A DNA stretch of 63,987 nt, counting the filler, from Octopus bimaculoides (Eukaryota), in NCBI RefSeq assembly GCF_001194135.2. It is 6 parts of 6 records of this genome, joined end to end, with 100 filler letters (N's around TTAATTAATTAA, not from the genome) between each part and the next. Parts side by side here need not be neighbours in the genome. Positions count along the whole stretch, not along the records: positions 1 to 19,255 come from NC_069006.1; positions 19,356 to 47,108 come from NC_068994.1; 4 more parts are not named here. One strand, written 5' to 3'. The notes under the pieces were generated by a model, which was not told where the DNA came from, searched no databases, and worked only from the letters and a program-made list of their open reading frames with translations. Below are positions 13,921-26,196 of this stretch, one piece after another (the first letter of the stretch is position 1; each line of letters starts with the position of its first letter). The translations under genes were made by a program, and so were the position numbers.

Positions 13921-15189
13921 CATTTTGTGTTGTTACTCCTTAGTCTGAAGAGGAGGAGGAGGAGGAGGAAGGCACCAGTGCCTGTGGCCTTTTGGTCTCT
14001 CACAGGTTGACAGAGGAAATTGGAGTCAGTGGAGTAGAAGTCAGCTGAAGATAATTGTCTGTATGGCCTCGTTTGGATTATTGCAACATAATGGATTCTA
14101 TTAAATACATTTGAATGTCAGGTAAAAGTGACAAATCAGTTAAATGTCCCAACCCCCAGAACAAGTCCACACTATTTGACAGCCTTCTCCCTCCCCATGA
14201 TTTCTTTTTATACTCCCGACACCCGGGGTGATCTGAGGCTAAGATGCTGTGCAGTCAGTTTGAACCTGTCATCACATGATTGCAAATTGAACTTCATAGC
14301 TAAAGAGCAATACCTGGCCTCAATGCACTCAGACGGCATCGTCTATACCCAACTAGTGCCAGAGACAACAAGAAAATGTGGTACTTAATTGTTTCCCTAT
14401 CTTTGCAGTCTGCAGCAGGTACCGTATCTTAGTGAGTTTGTTGAGCATTTTTGACTGAATGTTGTTAGTGTTGTGTGTGTTTTTAGTGTAGTCCAGTACA
14501 GCTGACTGTTTGGATAAAGATGTGAATTCTTGACTGGCTCTGATAGAAACAAAAAAAGAAGTAGAAACAAAAAAGAAATCTTTTCTTGCATGCAGACACA
14601 AGGGATGGGGTTGCACAATGCCACCCATTGTGTCAATGTGGGTAGAGCACAAAGGAAGAGAAAAATGCTACAGGAAAGAGTGCATTAGGGGTTTGTGAAA
14701 ATGTACACACATTTATCTACAAAGCACGAAGGATACTTTCCAGAAATATAAACTAAGCTCTTTTTGAAAATATGAAACAAAAAATGAACTTTTCTCACTA
14801 CACACACACACACACACATGCACACAAATATTGTCATTGCCTTGGTACATTTGTTTGTTTCTTCTTCAACTTCTTTTACCTCTCCACCCCTCTTCTAACC
14901 CTTCCCTACCCACACAAGAAATGCAATTTTTTTTTTTTTTTTTAAATATCTTCTTAACATCTCAGGCCAAGATTTTCAGCTGTCACACCCACACACAAGA
15001 AACAAAACAAAGCGGAAAAAAAAAAAGAAAAACTTCCATTTCTGCTAACTGCTGCATCGTTTCTCTCTGAAACCTTTGATTCTTGCACCAACCCCCATAA
15101 CCCTTAATTTTTTTTTTCTGGTTTTATTTTGAAGTGTTGGGGAAGGGTGGACCCAGGGAGTGGGTAGAAGACATAAACATTGAGGTGGT

Positions 15190-15505
15190 GCAATATATAT
15201 ATATATGTATACATATATTTGTATATATATACATATACACACATATATATACACATGTATATATATACATACATATACATACATACATATATATGCATAT
15301 ATATGCGTACATATATATATATATATATATATACGTACATATATACATACATATAAACATATATTTGCATATATATATATTTACAGGTATATATATACAC
15401 ATATATTTATATATAAATATATAAACATATATGCACATATATATTTATATATATATATATATATATACATATATATATAAACATATATTTACATATATAT
15501 ATGTA

Positions 15506-15537
<32 letters not shown>

Positions 15538-15825
15538 TACATATATATATAAACATAAATATTTACATATATATATATATATATATATATATAAACATAT
15601 ATATTAACACATTTATATATATATGTATATATACACATACATATGTGTATATATACACATATATATATATACATTTATATATATGTATGTGTATATACAT
15701 ATATGTATATATATATATGTATATATATATATGTATATGTATATATGTATATGTATATATGTATATGTATATATGTATATGTATATATATATATGTATAT
15801 GTATATATGTATATGTATATGTATA

Positions 15826-15912
<87 letters not shown>
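15190..15912. repeat. Large compound (TA)n/(TATG)n/(TACA)n microsatellite
   Basis: Directly visible; one of dozens of TA/CA/GA/ATT/TAC/CAT microsatellites in the window. Confidence 0.95.
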
Positions 15913-15917
<5 letters not shown>

Positions 15918-16469
15918 GTTGTTGGACTTATTATCTTTTCAGAGTTCGATGCATCGAATGGACAATTTCATTCAGGGATATTGAGAATAGAAGTTTGTGT
16001 GCGTGTGTGTGTGTGTGTAACAATGTAAGAAAGAATATGAGTGACTGACCTGTATTTTTCAATCCAAGAATCTTCTTGTCAAGTATTAAATACTATTATT
16101 ATTATTTTTATTATTATCATTATTATTATTTATTATTACTGATATTATATTATCTTTGTATCCCTTGTGATGGGGGAAAAAAATGAAAGTAAAACTATAT
16201 AAAACAAAGCAACAAACAATATGAAAAACTAAATTACAAAAGTGCAAGCCACTTGAAATCAATTGTCAATATGCTAAATGTAATTAATTAAAAAATAAAC
16301 AAATGAGAAAAAAAAGAATATAAGTGCAGGAAAATCTTTCTTTGTTGTTTTAATTATTACTCTTTGTTGTTGTGTTTCTTCTTATATCCTCCATCACTCT
16401 TCTGGTAATTAAATTACAATCATTAGCATTGATTGGACAAAACACTTTGCCAATATTTGTTGCAGATGA

Positions 16470-17855
16470 TAAGGCAGTGGAGCTAAGCAGAATTGTTAGC
16501 ATGACTGGGTGAAATGCGTAGGCAGTATTTTAGCCATCTTTACGTCCTGAGTTCAAACTCTTTCTGGATCGACTCCATTTCGGGGTCAATTGCATTGACT
16601 TACTCTCTGCTCTTAAATTGCTGGTCTTGTGTCAAAATTTAAAACCATTGTTATTATTATTATTATTACTACTAAGGTGGTGAGCTGGGTGAAATGCTTT
16701 GTGGCATGTCATCCATCTTTACGTTCTGAGTTCAAATTCTGCTGAGGTCGATTTTGCCTTTCATCCTTTCGGGGTCAATAAGTTAAGTACCAGTTAAGTT
16801 CTGGGGTCAATATGATGAACTGTTCCCACTCCCTTGAAAATCTAGGCCTTGTTCCTATAGTAGAAAGTGTTATGATTATCATCATCAAGGTAGTAAGCTG
16901 GCAGAATCGTTAACAAATTGGATAAAATGCTTCGCAGCATTTTGTCTGTCTTAATGTTCTGAGTTCAAATACCACTGAGGTCGACTTGGGGTGGGGGGAG
17001 GTCAGTAGTTTAAGTCCCAGTGTAACTGGGACTGATGTAATCAACTAGTTCCCCTTTAGTGGGAAGGATTATTATTATTATTAAGATGGTGAGCTGGCAG
17101 GATCCTTAGCTTGCCAGGCAAAATGCTTTGTGGCAATTTGTCTGCTGCTACGTTCTGCGTTCAAATTCCACTGAGGTCGACTTTGCCTTTCATCCTTTTT
17201 TGGAGTACCAGTTGTGTACTGGAGTTGATCTAATTGACTGGTCCCCCTCCCCCAAAATTTCAGGCCTTGTGCCTATAATAGAAAGGATTATTATTATTGT
17301 TAAGGTAGCAGCTGGCAAAAGGCTTAGCAACATTTCATCTGTCTTTACGTTCTGAGTTCAAATTCCACTGAGGTTCACTTTACTTCTCATCCTTTCAGGG
17401 TCAATGAAATAAATATTAATTGAACACTGGGGATCAACTTACCCCTACCTGTTCCCCCAAATTACTGGCCTTGTGCCTAAAGTTGAAACTTGTTTGTTCA
17501 GGTCANNNNNNNNNNNNNNNNNNNNNNNNNNNNNNNNNNNNNNNNNNNNNNNNNNNNNNNNNNNNNNNNNNNNNNNNNNNNNNNNNNNNNNNNNNNNNNN
17601 NNNNNNNNNNNNNNNNNNNNNNNNNNNNNNNNNNNNNNNNNNNNNNNNNNNNNNNNNNNNNNNNNNNNNNNNNNNNNNNNNNNNNNNNNNNNNNNNNNNN
17701 NNNNNNNNNNNNNNNNNNNNNNNNNNNNNNNGGTCCCCCTCCCCCAAAATTTCAGGCCTTGTGCCTATAATAGAAAGGATTATTATTATTGTTAAGGTAG
17801 CAGCTGGCAAAAGGCTTAGCAACATTTCATCTGTCTTTACGTTCTGAGTTCAAAT
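16470..17855 (+). repeat. Head-to-tail array of about 6 copies of tRNA-derived SINE family A
   Basis: Repeated units gagctggcagaat..ttagc...ttctgagttcaaattcc...gtcgactttgcctttcatcctttcggggtc...ggccttgtgcc...(att)n. Smaller arrays at about 6270-6600 and 12177-12810. Confidence 0.85.
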
Positions 17856-18581
17856 CTTACCTTGGTTGATGTTGCTTGTCAGCTTTTTTTGGCATCCGTC
17901 AGTAAAATAAGATTCCAAAAGGGAGGGTGGGTATTGTGGTTTTGTTCCTAACTTAGAAATCATTATTATCATCATTATTAATATTGTTGGGTTTTGGCAG
18001 GGTTCTTATGCAAATGCCATTCATTTATTGTTTGATCAGAGAAAGGATAGTTCCCATAACCCTTTTTATAAGGAAAAGAGGAAGAAATATTGGCTTATGG
18101 TTTGCTGCCTGTCTGCAAATAAATTCTCACTGAAATGGGATCAGACTAGTGGCAACCAGCCCTTGCTAAAACCCCAACCCCCAAACTACAGCTTATGACA
18201 AACAGAGACACTACATAAGGGGTGGGACAATACATAGTCCATTTATTTGCTGCAGAATAAACCCTTTTCAAGGCACACAAGGGACAGAAAATGCCTCAAA
18301 TACAATCCCAAACAGAAGTCATGTCTGGCATATAGTTCCCTTCTCTTCTTTATCCCTTTCACATTCACATTACTCTGTCGAAATTGTTTTCAGTTAATCA
18401 TGCCTTATCTTGTTACTCTGAGATTTCAATGATGTGATTGATTATATTTAGATTGACATTGTAGGTTAGGGGTTAGGAGCTAGATCTGGCTGCTTTGAAT
18501 ATAAAACGGAGAATATTTGAGCAGAATATAGCTAGTTAAAATGCTAGAAGGGTTAATAATTTGTAGGAGTTATATATGTGT

Positions 18582-18639
<58 letters not shown>

Positions 18640-18884
18640 ATCCATGCATATATGTACATACATCTATATGTATACATACATGCATATATGGGTACAGGAC
18701 ATCAACAAAACGTTAAACACAAAGAGAAATGTTTTTTTTTTTGATGTCCTGTACCCACATACGCATGTATGTATACATATAGATGTAGGTATGTACATAT
18801 ATGTATAGATATATGCATATATTTATATATTATTTATATTATTATATGATCGAACGCTAAGCATCCTTTTCCAAGTAAGTATAC

Positions 18885-18923
<39 letters not shown>

Positions 18924-19255
18924 AATGCCATAGTTTGTATATAATATACTACAGTTATGTTGAAACAGGTGAAATGGGTAAGTGCAGCATTGACAACAAA
19001 ACATTTGTGGAGTAAATGATGGGCTAATTCGACTAAGCAACATGCTATGCATCTGTTTGTAGTATTTCAGGCCTTAACTTGTCATGGAAAATTGGGGGTG
19101 GGGGTTATGTGATTTTTGAACACACCACAAAGCTGTCAGTGGATATACTCTCTTTTGCAGCAGTCGGCGTTGTGTCTAACACAGCCCATCATCTGAAATG
19201 TTGAGACCTCCTTCGGGTTTGTTGTCCTACATCACTCATAAAGTAAATTTGGAGG

Positions 19256-19355
19256 NNNNNNNNNNNNNNNNNNNNNNNNNNNNNNNNNNNNNNNNNNNNT
19301 TAATTAATTAANNNNNNNNNNNNNNNNNNNNNNNNNNNNNNNNNNNNNNNNNNNN
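19256..19355. other. Artificial scaffold gap: 44 N + TTAATTAATTAA + 44 N
   Basis: The same 100-bp construct occurs at 19256, 47109, 55076, 59337 and 62123; the 12-mer has stops in all six frames. Confidence 0.92.
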
Positions 19356-19531
19356 ATACGTATATAACATTGTGTATATAAAGATAAATCTTAAGTAGCT
19401 TCATTAATCTCAGATAAGTAACTATACCTTCAGGTGAGCGAGAGAGAGAGAGAGGAAAAAAAAACAAAAACCTAATGCAAAAATAACAATAAATAAATGA
19501 AAAATCTCTTTTAAAAGGAGACGCTCCGTCT

Positions 19532-19562
<31 letters not shown>

Positions 19563-20259
19563 TTATCATAGATAATTTCTATTCCAAAGATAATTTCCTA
19601 TACTGAATAAAATTTTCTCGGATAGCTATGCTTTGTGTCTTGATAATGTTTTCTTTTGTTTTTGTTTCAATATATTGTTGTTGCTGTTGCTGTTGTTTAT
19701 TGACACCTTTATTTATTTCTAAAGTTATTCCTCCTTCCTCTCTTCATTCTTTCCTTTCTTTCTTCGTGTGTTCCTTTCCATTATATCTGTCTTTATTTTT
19801 CTGAATTTATACTTTGCGCAGAGCGTTTCCTCCATCAGATGCACCTAACCGCCATTATCATGCTTGCAATAATATGCATTATCTTGAAATTCATATCTAT
19901 TTTTTTTTTATATTTATATATATATAATGAAAATAGAGGAAAGGACAGAAAAAAGGGAATACTGAATAGAAGAGTCAGCAGGGTGCCGAACAAATATGTT
20001 TTCCAATATCTTATTACGTCATTTTAAGTTCTGAGATCAGCTCCCAATAAACTCAACTATAATTTTCATTGGCACCAGTCAAGTACTGTGATTTTGTGGC
20101 GTTTTTTTAATGTTATTTTATTTATTTATTATTAATTTTTTTTGGTGGTTTGGATGTGCATTTTGTGTTTCAAAATACCCTCAGTAGTGATAATATGTCA
20201 TCCTGCTATGAGAACAAGACCCGAAATTTCGACCCCAATGCTCAAATGGAATTTATCTT

Positions 20260-20920
20260 ATCGACTCTGTAAAGATGAAAGATAAAACTGAACCTCGGTG
20301 GAATTTGATCTCAGAACATAGAAAAACCGGTGTACATTTTGTTCAATGCACTAACAATCTTTCCTTCTTTTTTATCGCTTTTTATGAATTTGAACTCAGA
20401 ACGTAAAGACGGACGAAATGCCGCAAAGCATTTTGCTTAGCTTGCTAACGGTTCTGCCGGCTCGCCGACTTAATACGGTAGCATATTCCTTTCTACTATA
20501 GGCACAAGAGCTGTAATTTTAGGGAGAGGAGTTACTCTATTACATCGATCCCAGTGTCCAACTGGTATATATTTTATTGACTCCGAGAGGATGCAAGGAA
20601 AAAAAAAAGCTTCGTGGAATTTGAACTCAGACCGTAATGATAGACGAAATACTGGTATGCATTTTGTCCGATGTGCTAACGCCACGGAAACCGAGTAACC
20701 GGTCCCACTAGTCTTTAAACTCAAGTAAAATGCAAAAGGTGACGAATGTATTTTTCAAATTTTTGTACAGAGCTAGCGATTTCAGGGGAGGGATAAGTTG
20801 GTTACATCGACCTCAGTATGAAAGGCAAAATAGACCTCGGCTGAATTTGAACAAAGAACATGAAAACGAACGAAATGCTGCTCAGCATTTTGCCTGGCGT
20901 GCTAACGATTCTGACAGCGT
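20260..20920 (-). repeat. Cluster of SINE family A copies, minus orientation
   Basis: Repeated ggaatttgaactcagaacgtaaag...gaaatgc..ctaagcattt...tgctaacgattctg. Other minus copies at about 33380-33580, 38195-38260, 39230-39420, 46210-46670 and 56540-56685. Confidence 0.8.
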
Positions 20921-20993
20921 GCAGCCTTTTTTGATGATAAATATTTATTTCTTTTTTAGCCACAGGAGGCGAAACATAGAGGGGACAACCAGG

Positions 20994-21695
20994 ACAGGAC
21001 AAGTTATTGCATCTGGTAAAGTACAGAACAAGAAAAGTTTTACTTAAAATATTGCAGCTAAGAATACAATTTGAATATTAAAAATTATTTGATATTAATT
21101 TGCGAAGTAACATTATATATAGTTAAAAAACGGTACCATCATATTGTTAAAATATTGATACACTAGAATACATAAAAAATGAGAGCCAGAAGTACCAGTA
21201 CAGCTAAAGTTTTATGCAAAGTAGAATAGTATATATGGTAGGCAAATTCATGATGTAAAAAATAAGCATTGGGTCAAGACTAAAAATGTGAAGACTTGGC
21301 AATAACCCAAGCAAATTTTACTGTGAATTTGTTGTTATAGGTAGATTTTACTGTAATATATAACTTATTTCTTTATGATTCTATTTATTTTACTAACTAA
21401 TTATGTACTACTATTATTTTTATAACCTATTTTCAAATTTCTAATTATTAATTCACAATTAAAAAACGATATTTTTTAAAGTGCAAAAAATATTTTGAGT
21501 TATTTTTAAAATTTTTAATAAAAGTAACAAATAATAACAATTAAAAGTGATAATTTGTAATAAATTTTTTAGTTTTAATAAAAGCTAATGTTTTCTAAAT
21601 CTAAATATTTTATTTGAAATTTTATTTATAGCTGCAATATTTTAAGTAAAACTTTTCTTGTTCTGTACTTTACCAAATGTAATAACTTGTCCTGT
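20994..21695. mobile_element. Foldback/MITE with 67-bp TIRs and a very AT-rich interior
   Basis: 20994-21060 (acaggacaagttattgc...aatattgcagcta) is the near reverse complement of 21629-21695. Confidence 0.75.
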
Positions 21696-21759
21696 ACTTT
21701 TCCAGGTTTATAATCTTAAGAATATTATTTCTCTTGCTCGCATTTTCCCATGTAATCTA

Positions 21760-21886
21760 CAGGGTGTCCACAAAGTCTGGGTACATGGGGATTAACACAT
21801 ACTTTAAGAAATTATTATTTATTATATTTAATTGTTTATGTCATGATTTTATTTACTCCATATACCCAGACTTTGTGGACACCCTG
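21760..21886. mobile_element. Tc1/mariner-type MITE with TA target duplication
   Basis: TA|cagggtgtccacaaagtctgggta...tacccagactttgtggacaccctg|TA; 24-bp perfect TIR. Confidence 0.88.
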
Positions 21887-22360
21887 TATATCATCGTCAT
21901 CTTCCTCCCCTTCCTCCCCCTCCTCCTCCTACTCCATCATTCTCATCACGATAGTGTTGGCACTTAATGTACCCTGCCTCCTTGCCGACTCGACAAGTTT
22001 TCAAGATGTCTGTCCTTTCCCTAACAAATTGTTTTACCGCTGTTTTCCACCAACTCTGTTAATGATGAGGAACCATCAAATTGAAATATCAGATATCAAA
22101 CTTGCACAACAGCAACGACAGCAACAACAACAACATCAACAACAAACAACGGTTTCACGTTCCTACTGTACAAATGATATCAGATTGTTAAAATAAATAT
22201 TATTACTTCTTCCGAGCATGTTAATAAATGTCAATGGTTTATATAAACGTATTGTTTGCTCTGAGAGATTTGTTTGTGTTTACATCGTTATTATATTGTT
22301 GTTGTTGTTGTTGTTGCTGCTACTGCTACTGCTGCTGCTGCTGTTGCGATTATTATTGCG

Positions 22361-23000
22361 AGCTGGCAGATTCGTAGGTACGCCGACCAAAATATTTAGC
22401 TGCGTTTCGTCCGACTCTACGCTTTCAGTTCAAATACCTCCTAGGTCGGCTTTTACTTTAGAAGTACTCTTTTACTCTTTTACTTGTTTTAGTTATATGA
22501 CTGAGGCCATGCTGGAGCACCACCTTTAGTCGAGCAAATCGACCCCAGAACTTATTCTTATTCCTTGCCCAAAGTGCCACGCAGTGGGCCTGAACCCGGA
22601 ACCATGTGGTTGGTAAGCAAGCTACTTACCACACAGCCACTCAAGTACCAGCTGAATACTAGGGTCGACGTAATAATCGACTTAACACCTTTCCCGAAAT
22701 TACCGGCCATGTGCCAAAATTTGAAATCATTAATTATTTCTGTTATTAATACGAGTAGTATTATCATTATTGCTAATTATCGCAGCAAGCTGGCAGAATC
22801 GTTAGCACACCGGATAAAAAGCTTTGTGACATTTCTCCTGGCTTTACTTTCTGGGTTCAAATTGTGCTAAGGTTGACTTTACATTTCATCCTCTCGGGAT
22901 CGATGAAATACGTACCAGTTGGATACTTGGGTCAATATAATCTGCCACCCCTTCTCCCAAAATTTGAAGCCTTGTGCCTATGGTAGAAAGCATTATTACT
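22361..23000 (+). repeat. SINE A copy interrupted by an internally deleted family-N SINE (22468-22642), followed by another SINE A
   Basis: AAGTAC flanks the insert at 22462-22467 and 22643-22648; SINE A sequence resumes with gtaccagctgaatactaggg. Confidence 0.7.
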
Positions 23001-23116
23001 ATTATTATTAATCACCTTTTGTTTTGAACTTGACAAAGAAAGACGTACTGTCGAAATATTGTTCAACGAATAAAACATTTATACAATCGAATCGCGCTCT
23101 TCGTCTTGACTACTAC

Positions 23117-23189
<73 letters not shown>

Positions 23190-23310
23190 TGTGGGGTCTC
23201 CATGAGCACCCCTAGGAAGTCTCCCTCTTTTGGGGAATTATTTATCGTTATAATTTTATATTGTTACTGCTTTTTCTTTTTCTTTTTTTTAGGTAATCTC
23301 ACTTTGTATT

Positions 23311-24612
23311 GTCCTGTACCGTCCGCTACTACACAAGCTGGAGACGTTGATGGGAATCCTGCGTGACCTAAGGTGTGGGAGATTCGTGTTGGCATACGTC
23401 GATGACGTCGAAAAGTAAACACATTGAGATAATCGGTACCGCTTTCAAGGACTACGAGGCGGTATCAGGAGCGAAAATTTACCAGGAAAAGTCAGTGAAA
23501 TGCGGCTCAGCACCTGGAGAAGCAAGTTCATGTCGTCCAATTGCGTCGTTGGACGCTGGGTGGACGGACCAGTTAAATTGCTCGGGGTCTGGTTCGGTCC
23601 GGACCTCCAAATGGACTAAAACTGAGCCCAGGTAACGAGCAGAGTGACTACTCTCATCCAGAAATGGGCCGAGTGGAAAATATCCCTAAAAAGTCGAGCA
23701 GAAGTGGCGAATAATGCGTATATCGCATCCGTCGTCTACTACTGCCTGACCGTCGTAACTTGTCCTGGTCCACGTCTGATTGCATTGGAGCGTATACTCT
23801 TTCACTTCTGGATGGTCAGGTGGTCTATCTGCAGCTATATGCAGCCACACAACACCAGCTGCGTGGTAGACTGGGCATGCCGTTGTTTATAACGTACAAA
23901 CATGCGCCAAGGCTACGATATCTCCAGCGCTTCCTACGACATCTCCAGCGCCGTTTGCCAGACAAGTGTTACCCCTTGCTAGTCTTCTTAACGGAGCTGC
24001 AGCCTTGAGTCAAACAGAGACGGGGAGAAGGCATTTAGAAAGTGGAATATCTTCAAGTACTCACAGCCCTCAGCCATTTGGGCATTGCGATAGGTAGACT
24101 TTCCACCTACAGAAGATTAGTGGCGGGTAAGTACAACAACGTTGTTTGGGAGAACTTGGGCGTTGCAGACGATCAGCTAGCTACCCACTTCCGGAGAACT
24201 TTCCGGAGAACAAGCAAATCTGTGATATTGAGCAGAATATTTGCTGTAGTCCATCTTTTCATATCAAGACAAAACACGTGCTAGATAACACTTCCGATCA
24301 GTTAAGATGAGAAGCCATGAAAATCAGAACCTGATACTGTATCAGGGCATTCGCTTGTAAGCCGGAGTGGTTGAGAGGAAGAGGGGTGGCTGCCTGGGGT
24401 GTTCTTGGCGGACGGGGTGACCAGAATGTGTGGGGTGCCTTGGTTGACCCTGGGTGGATTTCCCCTTATTGGGGAATTTAGTTGTTAGAATTTTCTTCTT
24501 TATTTGTTATTGTTGTTTTATTGTTTACTTGATTTTTATGTCAGACCGCACTAGCCCCTTGTTTTGTATTGTTCTTATTCGTTTTTATGTCCGGCCCTTG
24601 TGGCCAATAAAC
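23311..24612 (+). mobile_element. Tx1/L1-like LINE remnant (RT domain to 3' UTR, then ATT tail)
   Basis: Frameshifted LAYVDDV, FKDYEAVSGAKI(N)QEKS, KLLGVWFGP, KWAEWKISLKSRAEVANNAYIASVVYYCLTV. Ends with AATAAA followed by (ATT)n. Confidence 0.85.
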
Positions 24613-24617
24613 AAAGG

Positions 24618-24662
<45 letters not shown>

Positions 24663-25169
24663 GAGTGAGAGAGCAGTGCATGCCATCAAAGTGACACTGG
24701 GGTAAAATATACGAAGCCCAGTATACCCATCATGACTACCCGTCTCATAAGGGTACACCAGGCACATGCATCACAACCATATGTACGCGACATGGTGATC
24801 TCATATCAAGATAAACAGCGCATGACCTCGCAGGTGGNNNNNNNNNNNNNNNNNNNNNNNNNNNNNNNNNNNNNNNNNNNNNNNNNNNNNNNNNNNNNNN
24901 NNNNNNNNNNNNNNNNNNNNNNNNNNNNNNNNNNNNNNNNNNNNNNNNNNNNNNNNNNNNNNNNNNNNNNNNNNNNGCACATACCATCAGCCACCAAGGG
25001 ACATGCTCAACTGGTTAAGGTCAAACAAATGACAAGCAAATCTGTGGTATTGAGCAGAATATTTGCTGTAGCCCATCTTTTATACCAAGACAAAACAATG
25101 TACATAACACTTCCCGTCAATTAAAATCAGAAGCTATCAGAGCCACTGCCTAGTACTGCATCCGGGCAT
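24663..25169. mobile_element. Non-coding interspersed repeat embedded in (ATT)n; partial copy also at 24211-24350
   Basis: Flanked by (ATT)n on both sides. The segment caagcaaatctgtg(g/a)tattgagcagaatatttgctgtag...gggcat occurs twice in the window. Contains an N gap. Confidence 0.65.
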
Positions 25170-25170
25170 C

Positions 25171-25218
<48 letters not shown>

Positions 25219-25780
25219 CGCACATGGAATCCTGGTGAGTTTTTTTTCTTTTCTAAATTTGCTTTCCTTGTGTCGTTTTAAAAAAGTACATAAAAGCTAG
25301 ACAGTCATAAATGAACTTTGTGTAGTGAGAGATTTTGGTGTAAGATGGAGGCTTTAGGATTTATTTTTAGAATTTCTCTCTAAGCGGTACCCATGATTCG
25401 GCTTCATCTGGTATTATGGCTACATTCTGAGTTTTTTTTTTTGTTTTATTTCGTTTTTATCCCTCATCCGTCCACTAGCAGTCTCATCTTGAATTACATT
25501 TATTCATTTTCGTATGTCCACTTTTGTATTGCTCGTTAAACATGTATTTTTTGTCTGTTCTCGGTCCATATTGCCTGCAACTCTTGCAAGTGCCTCCAAC
25601 TAGTAATCAAAATTATCGTTAAAGGCACGAAATTGCGTCAGCCCGACTGGTCGGTAACTGATGAGGAATTGGGGACCATCTGTGTCTGTTTTCCGTTCGT
25701 CTGTGCATTTAATATATGATCTTTAACTTGCCATTCTGTGTCTCTTTTTCGTTTGTGCATTTACTATACTTTTTTTAATA

Positions 25781-26196
25781 TATGTGGGTGAATTGGGTGC
25801 GTACAGAGTCATGAAAGCATTGATGTTGTGTTCAATTGCCAGTGGTTCGGCCTACTTTTTCAGTCAATTATTTAGGTTTAGTCGCTTTAAATAGAGCACA
25901 TATTATTAAAAATAATAGATAATTATAGTTATTATTAAAGAGAACCTACGTGTGTCGCTCTTCTCCGTAATTTACAGCCTTCGTGTTTGTTTACACATTT
26001 ATAAATATATATATTCTAGACTAAAATGATCTATACATTAAAATTATCTGAAATTGATGGGTGGGCTATGTGGGTGAATTGAGGTCGTACAGAGCCTTAA
26101 AAGCATTGATGTCGTGTTCAGTTCCCAGTGGTTCGGCTTATCTTTTTTCAATCAATTGTTTAGGTTTAGTCTCTTTAAATGGAGCATATATTATTA
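25781..26196 (+). repeat. Diverged direct repeat of about 130 bp
   Basis: tatgtgggtgaattg...ttaggtttagtc.ctttaaat.gagca.atattatta at 25781-25908 and 26067-26196. Confidence 0.8.

Noticed and set aside
14409-15984. Good + acceptors at 14409 (tttgcag) and 15943 (ttttcag) as NLK terminal exons
   Set aside because: Phase-2 translations ([22 protein letters not shown]...) show no NLK-tail similarity; cannot be supported without RNA data.
15104-16048. Long YI/CV/HT-rich ORFs here and at 5017, 8482, 32630, 45117, 52453 and 62540-63983
   Set aside because: Translations of (TA)n/(CA)n/(TATG)n microsatellites; no splice or homology support.
17240-17855. Identical 124-bp sequence on both sides of the gap (17240-17363 and 17732-17855)
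   Set aside because: Perfect identity across an N gap suggests an assembly overlap artefact rather than a true duplication.
16470-17855. Repeat-spacer appearance resembling a CRISPR array
   Set aside because: Units are about 200-bp diverged SINEs in a eukaryotic genome; no constant short repeats and no cas genes.
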